From: Narcine bancroftii
Taxonomy: Eukaryota
DNA length: 64,000 bases
Assembly: GCF_036971445.1 (NCBI RefSeq)
Contig: NC_091476.1
Location: forward strand, 64,914,001 to 64,978,000
Reading direction: 5' to 3'
The translations under genes and the position numbers were made by a program. Numbering within the stretch: position 1 is the stretch's first letter; each line of letters opens with the position of its first letter. Below, piece by piece: positions 61,201 through 64,000 of this stretch. Below the pieces are notes generated by a model. The model was given only the letters and a program-made list of their open reading frames with translations. It was not told where the DNA came from and did no database searches.

Positions 61201-61283
61201 CCACTTCTAGCAGTGACAGTGGATCTAAAGGAGGGCTGCGCTTTCCAAAAGTCGAACTAAATGTCAACAAAAGCAAAGAATAA
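43290..61283 (+). CDS. AHNAK: AHNAK giant exon, 5997 aa; full spliced protein predicted 6112 aa
   Basis: Acceptor TTTTATTTCCCTTAG at 43289, then SGDDEDYQRIFKKKIKPRLKSED, in frame with the 5948-aa ORF 43437-61283. Contains SPEFKIKVPRHE, PKFKMP-type central repeats, and the C-terminal KKSRIKIPKFNFSK, RHRSSSLSDE, KLKFGTFGG and VELNVNKSKE motifs typical of AHNAK rather than AHNAK2 or periaxin. Confidence 0.97.
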   Translation, partial: SGDDEDYQRIFKKKIKPRLKSEDDTEVSDQGDKSSSVHITRKVTTRTVHVTSPTVMTDVDMHSPEFKIKVPRHEQVTTEGTGPKLKPSEMDIDVNRMGTEGLTFQMGDGQRTTHTMHIVKTKVVEVTGPETEHSQTMFHMPQINVAGGTVKTSNVDVKIAKTDMDVTAPDIEALKIGHPKLTVDDSVPKSETGMQLPTINTTSAKQTVHIGDSDGKFSMHSVKIPGRTISGSHMRKPNVDIDKSAASTDIAVPKIDFNLNQPGNQDNFTHPKIDVKTQKMHVEISGPDEKQNIKMKENKYISATNSEENTTDWTKQKIHEMSIQTKSPEGDVKPTGHKFKGDFILPDMQRTSGEINKTNLKISGVSVSGSSDADLEIKHTKVADFDSSKISFEHKDPNFKGPTADIKESEDKFAVSPKHFPKLQETDIHLGLQGPKVKGDHDIDVLSTNTTGKVKIHQLDQEMKVPEVEYEIPKFKMSGPKMDMVAKQLAEDVKLAEPKIVGRAEIPDVDVKGAGKITGTTFKMTGFNVSAPEIGTADLKGQTVEGKVDVIDVKQESVVKDSNVNITGPKIDIKAPDVIESTSQITLPTMHVPGIDLGFGGANMKGDHDIDVPSGKTEGDIKVPSINVGMEVQGIDSKGGLGKFSLPKFQMSKFHMGGSKAEVPDVNIDANLPDADVKLAEPMVEGDVEMPDVDVEGSGKLKHPKFKRPEFNISASNVKMPELNLGLKGPKFGGDADVPDVNLEGKIKAPDVDIKGPKVDIEAPDVKGTGPNISFPSIHLPKVDVPDFNLSLRGPHVKGDHDIEMPSGKIEGEIKAPKADGDMDVPGIDIEGGSGKFSLPKFRMPKFGKVGSKMEDPGVDIDVNVPDANLKLSGRTLEGDMEVPDVDVEGSGKLKHPKFKRPEFNISAPNVKMPELNLGLKGPKFGGDADVPDVNLEGKIKAPDVDIKGPKVDIEAPDAKGTGPNISFPSIHLPKVDVPDFNLSLRGPHVKGDHDIEMPSGKIEGEIKAPKADGDMDVPGIDIEGGSGKFSLPKFRMPKFGKVGSKMEDPGVDIDVNVPDANLKLSGRTVEGDMEVPDVDVEGSGKLKHPKFKRPEFNISAPNVKMPELNLGLKGPKVGGDADVPDVNLEGKIKDPDVDIKGPKVDIEAPDAKGTGPNISFPSIHLPKVDVPDFNLSLRGPQVKGDHDIEMPSGKIEGEIKAPKADGDMDVPGIDIEGGSGKFSLPKFRMPKFGKVGSKMEDPGGDIDVNVPDANLKLSGRTVEGDMEMPDVDVEGSGKLKHPKFKRPEFNISAPNVKIPEFNLGLKGSKVGGDVDVPDVNVEGKIKAPDVDIKGPKVDIEAPDAKGTGLNISFPSIHLPKVDVPGIDLNFRGPKVKGDHDIEMPSGKIEGEFKAPKSDVDVDVPGIDVEEGNGKFRLPKFRMPKFSKVGSNVEVPDVNIDAKLSDDDFKLSGPNVEGDVEMPHVDVEGSAKLKYSKFKMPDFNISAPNVKMPEFNLGFKGPKVGGDVDVPDVNLEGKIKAPDVDIKGPKVDIEETDVKGTGPNISFPSIHLPKMDVPGIDLSFKGQKVKGEHDFEMPSGKIEGEVEAPKADVDVDVPGIDSKGGRGKFSLPKFHMPKFHMGGSKGEAPDVNIDANPPDVNVEMPDVDVEGSGKLKHPKFKMPEFNISAPNVKMPEFNLDLKGPNVGGDVDVPDVNLEGNIKAPDVDIKGPKVEIEAPGVKGTGPNISFPSIHLPKVDVPGIDLNFRGPKVKGVHEIEMPTGMIDGEFKAPKADVDVDLPGIDVEGGNGKFNLPKFRMPKFGKVGSKVEVPGVDIDVNLPDADVKLLGPTVEGDMEKPDVEVEGSAKLKQSMFKMPDFNISAPNVKMPEFNLGLKGPKVGGDVDVPDVNLEGNIKAPDVDIKGPKVDIEAPDLKGTGPNISFPSIHFPKIDVPGIDLNFKGPKVKGDHDIEMPSGKIEGEIKVPKAGVDVDVPGIDVEGGNGKFNLPKFRMPKFGKGGYKMEVPGVDIDEKLSGPKIEGDVEMPDVDGEGSGKLKHPKFKMPEFNISAPNVKMPEFNLGLKGPKIGGDADVPDVNLEGKIKAPDVDIKGPKVDIEAPDVKGTGPNISFPSIHLPKIDVPDIDLNFRGPKAKGDYDIEMPSGKMEGKIKAPKADVDVDVPGIDSKEGRAKFSLPKFQMPKFNMGGSKVEVPDMNIDANLPDAYVKLSDPTVEGDVEMPDVDVEGSGKMKHPKFKLPEFNISAPNVKMPEFNLGLKGPKAGGDVDVPDVNLEGNIKAPDFDMKGPKVDIEAPDVKGKGPKIPMPSLNLPKIKGPDIDMSFKGPKMKGDHDIEMPSGKIEGEMKAPKVDVDVPGAAVEGSSGKFNFPKFKMPKFRMGGSKVEGPKVNIDANVPDANLKLSGPTVDGDVEMPDVDVEGSGKLKHPKFKMPEFNISAPNVKVPEFNLGLKGPKVGGDVDVPDVNLEGNINAPEIDVKGPKVDIEAPDVKGMGPNIYFPSIHLPKMDVPGIDLSFGGPKVKGDYDIEMPSGNMEGEIKAPKADVDVDMPGIDSKGGRGKFSLPKFHMPKFHMGGANVEAPDVNIDANLPDTKVEMPDVDVEGSGKLKHPKFKMPEFNISAPNVKMPESNLDLKGQKVGGDVDIPDVNREGNIKAPDVDIKGPKVEIDAPDVKGTGPNISLPSIHLPKVDVPGIDLNFRGPKVKGDHDIEMPSGKMEGEIIVPKADVDVDVPGIDVEGGSGKFSLPKFRMPKFGKAGSKVELPGVDIDAKLSGPTVEGNVEIPDVDVEGSGKLKHPKFKLPEFNISAPNVKMPEFNLGLKGPKAGGDADVPDVNLEGNIRAPDFDIKGPKVDIEAPDVKGKGPKISMPSLNLPKIKGPDIDVRFGGPKVKGDYDIEMPSGKIEGEMKAPKVDVDVPGAAVEGSSGKFNFPKFKMPKFRMGGSKVEGPKVNIDANVPDANLKLSGPMVEGDVEMPDVDVEGSGKLKHPKFKMPEFNISAPNVKMPEFNLGLKGPKIGGDVDIPDVNLEGSIKATEIDIKGPKVDIETPDMKGTDPNISFPSIHLPKIDVPGIDLNFRGPKVKGDHDIEMPSGRIEGDIKAPKADVDMEMPGIEVEGGNGKFSLPKFRIPKFGKAESKVKVPGVDMDANVPDANLKLSGPTVEGDLEMPDVDVEGSGKLKRPMIKKPEFNISAPNVKMPEFNLGFKGPKVGGDVDIPDVNLEGNIKAPEIDIKGSKFDIEAPDVKGTGPNISFPSIHLPKMDVPGIDLDFKGPKVKGEHDIEMPSGKIEGEIKAPKADVDVDVPGMDIVGGNGKFSLPKFRMPKFGKDESKVEVPGVDIDANLTDSDVKLSGPTVEGDLEIPDIDVKGNGKLKYPKFKMPEFNMSAPNVKMPEFNLGLKGPKVGGDVDVPDVNLEGNIKTPDIDIKGPKVDIEAPDVKGTGPNISLPSIHLPKMDVPGIDLSFKGPKVKGEHNIEMPSGKIEGDIEAPKADVDVDVPGIDIEGGNGKFSLPKFRMPKFGMGVSKVEVPGVDIDTNLTDANLKLSGPKIEGDVEMPDVDVEGSGKMKHPTFKMPGFNISAPNVKMPEFNLGLKGPKVGGDVDVPDVNLEGNIKTPDVDIKGPKVDIKAPDVKGTGPNISFPSIHLPKMDVPDLDWNFRGPKVKGDHDIEMPSGKMEGEIKIPKADVDVDVPGIDNKGGRGKFSLPKFQMPKFHMGGSKVEVPGANIDANFPDANVEMPDVDVEGSGKLKHPKFKMPEFNISAPNVKVPEFNLGLKGSKVGGDVDVPDVNLEGDIKAPDVDIKGPKFDIEEPGVKGTGPNISFPSIHLPKMDVPDLDLNFRGPKVKGDHDIEMPSGKIEGEIKIPKADVDVDVPGIDSKGGRGKFSLPKFQMPKFHMGGSKVEVPGANIDANFPDANVEMPDVDVEGSGKLKHPKFKMPEFNISAPNVKVPEFNLGLKGSKVGGDVDVPDVNLEGDIKAPDVDIKGPKFDTEEPGVKGTGPNISFPSIHLPKMDEPDLDLNFRGPKVKGDHDIEMPSGKIEGEIKIPKADVDVDVPGIDSKGGRGKFSLPKFQMPKFHMGGSKVEVPGANIDANLPDANVEMPDVDVEGSGKLKHPKFKMPEFNISAPNVKVPEFNLGLKGSKVGGDVDVPDVNLKGNIKAPDVDIKGPKFDIEEPGVKGTGPNISFPSIHLPKMDVPGIDLSFRGPKVKGDHDVEMPSGKIEGEIKAPKADIDMDVPGIDSKGGRGKFSLPKFHMPKFHMGGSKGEAPDVNIDSKLSDANPKLLGPTVEGNVEMPDVDFEGSGKLKHPKFKMPEFNISAPNVKMPEFNLGLKGPKIGGDVDVPDVNLEGNINAPDDDIKGPKVDIEAPDVKGMGSNISFPSIHLPKMDVPRIDLSFGGPKVKEDHDIEMPSGKIEGEIKVPKADVDVDLPGIDVEGGNGKFSLPKFRLPKFGMSGSKVEVPGVDIDAKLSGPMVEGDVEMPDVDVEGSGKLKYPKFKMPEFNISAPNVKMPEFNLGLKGPKVEGNVDDPDVILEGNIKAADVDIKGPKYHIETPDVKGKGPKISMPSLNLPKIMGPDIDVSFRGPNVKGDHDIELPSGRIEGEIKAPNVDVDVPGAAVEGSSGKFNFPKFKMPKFRMGGSKVEGPTVDIGAHSPDVDVQVSSPKIEGDVKMPDVDVEGRGKIKGPKIRMPGVSISSPKIETSDINLELKSPKIEGKFAGPSLGVDTNLPEVGVDLSCPKVGGVEIPDVDLDVNGASKTKGSKLKIPGLDISAPNIGLPDFNLEFKGPKVGTGADVSNLNLDGNIKGPNLNIKQPKVDIKLPDVKENGHKFSLPSLQLPDIKAPDFDLGFKGSKMKDQDIDISSPSIDGEIKGPKMDVGSPNVDLEVAKGQFHIPKIKMPKLRIGGMNADGPDLNIDANLPQADVNISGSRLKGEVDVPEMNLEADSKIKGSGFQMPGFNFSLPRVKAPGIDFGLKGPELTGGAEAPDIKVETDIKGPEFEMKGPKVDITGSDINFEGPDLKGNEHKFSAPSLDISSPNVSTGVNLDLKGQNLKGTADIKSPGVGLDVSVPQIDTGGQGAHLKMPKVKKPKFGFGVKGQGDVSTPSLDVSGPDVEVNVDSPDASVKTKGKKGKFKMPKLNIKSKKAGGDMKVTVPKSDLDLSRPDIDVKTPDLNASLGSSDGQLNIKSSKVKKPRFGKMKLSFPDVEFDLTSPKMKGELPSPKAEGDLQVPDFDFSTEGVKGPHVDLRGPGIDVNTDTNIHEPGFKVKSPKLKLPSVDIKSPKMSETDVDITDLKDLKGEASGNVKGPTIGLKRPEIDFDVDAPNVDIEKPVGKLKMKMKTNVDISGPDIKLGTSGGAEEKRKMPKLKLPNFRMENKAGDTDTGVNVNLPKAEFSGPKLEGHIDMPSTDINITAPGVNINAHDAELNTSSFELPKPDMKGPKLDLKTPDVHFEGPEGKLKMSELKISNSKLQGSGLNLGINASKTGSDVTVEAPDVDISVDGKFKGPPIGISAPNVGVDLKNPSLKGDINLPSPNLKEDLQGLHVDMKGPAIDVDAGDFNIKGADGKVTIPQINIPKADVKFVGPKIESDNFSGCVVSAPALDMNVKGLNLRTDLSEPNMKIDIKCPKVDTEGPGVKLNGAGINIDGLKEKICGVNLTAPKTNINYSDTKLEGDVNTNVPDFSPSCPTVEIPPSEVKIPSADVKLDVNIPTVKVSGSKGGLKDPEVDVKPPEISADVAAPRINLDVPLDKVKIPKFKHSHFKIKSPNVEVPEIEAEVRVPEIHGSAAQGPSVHIKGPQASVNLPEGEVESSAVRIKKSRIKIPKFNFSKSKGKSNVEGSEGDFSASGPKGSKGCLGFGDDEMETSELSVVGKDSSLDVSTSPKGKSGTLDFSLFKGKKSERHRSSSLSDEHELSPSSPKGRLEFGEGAEGAKGKKSKLKFGTFGGFGAKSKGSYEVTLTEGEAAAAEGSGISLVSKKTRISSTSSSDSGSKGGLRFPKVELNVNKSKE
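45050..57400 (+). repeat. AHNAK central coding tandem array, about 21-22 units of 546-579 bp
   Basis: The anchor FPSIHLPK/MPSLNLPK recurs at 45622, 46201, 46780, 47359, 47938, 48484, 49063, 49621, 50200, 50773, 51319, 51877, 52450, 53029, 53608, 54187, 54733, 55279, 55825, 56404 and 56962. Spacings are 579/546/558/573 bp, all multiples of 3. Confidence 0.95.
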
Positions 61284-62700
61284 CTATGTAAATATACCTG
61301 AGTCACTGTAAATAGAAATTAACTGCATTACTTTTTACTATGAACCAAGGCATGGAGATCAATTAAACTTCATCCCTCTCTCATTTGCAGGTCAAAAGTA
61401 GGATGGAATATTTAAAGTGTTGAGTTCCTTTTTTAATGCAAGGAATAGAACCTTAAGTCAGACTTGACCTGCGGATATTTCTGTACACTTCTGTATCAGC
61501 TAAAAATCAAACTAAAGTTCCATAACTACAAGCTGAGAACAATAGCTTACTAGCAGGAAAAAAACTATTTGATACATTTTCTATGTAGCAGTTTATTATT
61601 TTCATATATTGGTAAAATGGAGGTGTTATGACATGTAATCACTGGTGATCTCTTTGGCTTACTTTATTCAATGGAGTTGCAGAATGAAAGATTTTACTGA
61701 AATTTGATTTCTGAAGAAAATATATGGAGACAGTGGTAGAGGAAGAATATAAGCTCTTTTGAAAAACAGATGACGTCTAACCCATATAAGGTGAAGTTGG
61801 CAAAAACAAAACAAACTCAATTCGTCTTGTCATAAATGCAGTATTGTCAAATTTCAACAATCTGTTTAGCCTGTATCTTTATAAATTATGAGGACTTCAA
61901 TTAAAAACAAAATTCTGTTCTGGATAGCTTAAATTCTTCAGCTTTGTAAATGTGTAAGTGTGGTCTGTGGAACTAGATAGGGCGTATTTCTACTGTGAAT
62001 TAGTACATTAACACCACCATTGCTTCCCTGGCCCCCACCACTCATTTGTGGTGGTGAATCCTGCTGCTGCTGTTATAATCTTTTATTCGCATGCCCTTAT
62101 TCCACAAGAGTGAATGAAATTAGAAAAATTACTTATTACTCAACAACACACAAAATTACATCCGGTTTGGCTGCATTTTAAACTTCCAATCTCCTCCCAG
62201 ACTTCTCAAAGCCACTCTACCTTCTGCACCTGCAATCCAGTGTGGCATAGTTGAGGAGTGCACTGCCTCGTGTGGAACACAGCCTAGTGGATATTGAAGA
62301 TTTTAGATTGGATCAACCAGTCTGAGCCAAATTAGCTGATCGTGTAGGTGCGCTGATGCAGGACTCTGGAGCATTCAGTTTCCTTGCATCGTGAAGCACG
62401 ATACGAGATCGTATGTTCCCTACATGCGCAACAAAGTCACAGTAAAGCAACGCCTTGCTGAGTTCACAGAAAGCACCTATTATCTTTGTAACATAAGCAA
62501 TTTTCCTTTAATTAATGGCGAGAATCGTGACTTTGCCAAATAAAATTCTTATCATTTCATTGTTTCACTCAAAAATGTTAATAGAACTCTTTCATAATTC
62601 TGTGTGCACTTTTGCAGCAAACATTAGACGATGGGAATGTAAGACAAGTGTGTACCTTGTAAAAATCAAATAAATCGTTCATTACCCTGAATTAAAAGTT
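61284..62700 (+). other. AHNAK: AHNAK 3' UTR (end approximate)
   Basis: AT-rich, largely TE-free sequence after the TAA stop, up to a cluster of AATAAA signals. Confidence 0.65.
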
Positions 62701-62739
62701 GGTCTACTTCCCTTCATTTCATCACAATTAAGAAATAAA
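62539..62739 (+). terminator. Cluster of polyadenylation signals
   Basis: AATAAA at 62539, 62669 and 62734. The 62669 signal is preceded by two TGTA elements; the 62539 signal is followed by a U-rich stretch. Confidence 0.55.
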
Positions 62740-63679
62740 GGGCTCTTCTTTTGCTTGGAACAGTAACAAAGCTCCAACTGGCACTGGAGCTGAGGTATGG
62801 AAAGAATTTAGGCTTAAATCTCATGCTAATTATCATTCTCCAAGGAAGGAGTCAAATTTGAAGAATAAATTAGTTGGCTACAGATTTTTTTCCATGTCCA
62901 ACAACCCTTCAAAGACTTGAACCCTGAGATTCCCTGGAACCTTTTGCTACAACCAGAACCTCTGTCATCCAGAATGGCCTAGCTTCAATCAAATTTGAAA
63001 TCTCACCAGGGTTGGCAGCCTGACAAGGTTGGGGTGAGGAGGGTGGTGGTTTGGATTTGCAAACTATGGGACATTATGTTCTGAGGACAAAATATTACCT
63101 TGTTAGGTATATCCCAGTCTAGATATACTTTCATCTGGTCACAAGAACAGTAGAACTGCTTGTATTTTCTGGGGAGAGGATACTGAAACCCCACCTACTA
63201 CTTACAGTAAAATCACAATAAACAAGATGTAGCTGCATATTCCTATCTAAATGACAGGAAAATAATCACAAGACCTACCAAATCAATCAATCCTCTCTGC
63301 ACACATTCTATTCTATATATCCCATACTCTGCACTGGCACTTTCAGGGTTCTAATGTCCATTCTCAGAACTGAATAATTCAAGATGAAGTAATGAGATCA
63401 GCATTGAAACCAGATGATTAATAACAGTCAAGGAAGGGAGAAGAGACTAACCATGGGCCTATTGATTCTGCATATTCCATGCAGAAAATCATACCCATCT
63501 GCTTTGCAAACACCTCTGATATGTAACAAGAAATAAGAATAGCTTAGAAGAAATTGAGGAAGAGAAGCAAATTTTTTTTCAGTGGAGATGAGATTTCAGA
63601 ATTCCACTCCACAGCTTTAACAAAGTCAAGTTTATTGCCATCTGATTGTACAGGTACAATCTGACGAAACAGTGATCTC

Positions 63680-63970
63680 CAGTCCCTGGTGCAAAAAAAA
63701 GCGGTCATACAACCAGACAACACACATACTGTCAAACAATACGTATGCTAGGCAAGCATTTCATTCATACAAAGAAATATTGTTCCAAGAATATGAGAGT
63801 CTCGGATGGTTAAGGTGAGCGATTCCTTTGGTCGTTCAGCGTCTTCACTACCTGTGGGAAGAAACTGTTCCTCAGCCTGTTGGTGCTGGCTCTGATCCTC
63901 CTGTATCTCTTCCCAAGACAAGAGCAGCTGGAAGATGCTGTGTGGAGGTGGAAGGGGCCCTCAATGATAT
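63680..63970 (-). mobile_element. Rex-Babar-type LINE 3' tail
   Basis: GGGAAGAAACTGTTCCTCAGCCTG.TGGTGCTGGCTCTGAT...CTGTATCTCTTCCC is similar to 2740-2820 and 8965-9030. Confidence 0.6.
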
Positions 63971-64000
63971 TGCAATTATTTTACCTTTACCAGAACCACA

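Noticed and set aside
43290-61283. AHNAK2 or periaxin identity
   Set aside because: The N-terminal PDZ exons, SGDDEDYQRI...KIKPRLKSED and the C-terminal tail all match AHNAK.

Overview
Eukaryotic (vertebrate) genomic DNA, most likely from a cartilaginous fish (shark or ray). That assignment is inferred from the repeat families (V-SINEs, CR1, Rex-Babar, Penelope, fish-type L1) and the divergence of the gene. The window holds the complete coding region of AHNAK on the + strand: two small PDZ exons (31415-31568, 37912-38102) and one giant exon of about 18 kb (43290-61283), for a predicted 6112-aa protein. A candidate non-coding 5' exon lies at 10740-10840 and the 3' UTR runs to about 62.7 kb. 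The rest is intronic or flanking DNA packed with nested retroelements and DNA-transposon MITEs, several with readable target-site duplications (TSDs). Most notable: (1) the AHNAK repeat is about 193 aa, a 128-aa block plus a 65-aa block, rather than the mammalian 128 aa; (2) two L1 copies keep their 5' ends but are 3'-truncated between perfect TSDs, and one still has an intact ORF1 and an endonuclease-only ORF2; (3) a cluster of Penelope terminal repeats carries minimal hammerhead-ribozyme-like cores; (4) paired NRF1-type palindromes and E-boxes occur in L1 5' regions. Repeat-family names and many TE boundaries were read by eye and are approximate. No CRISPR array, rRNA or true tRNA gene was seen.
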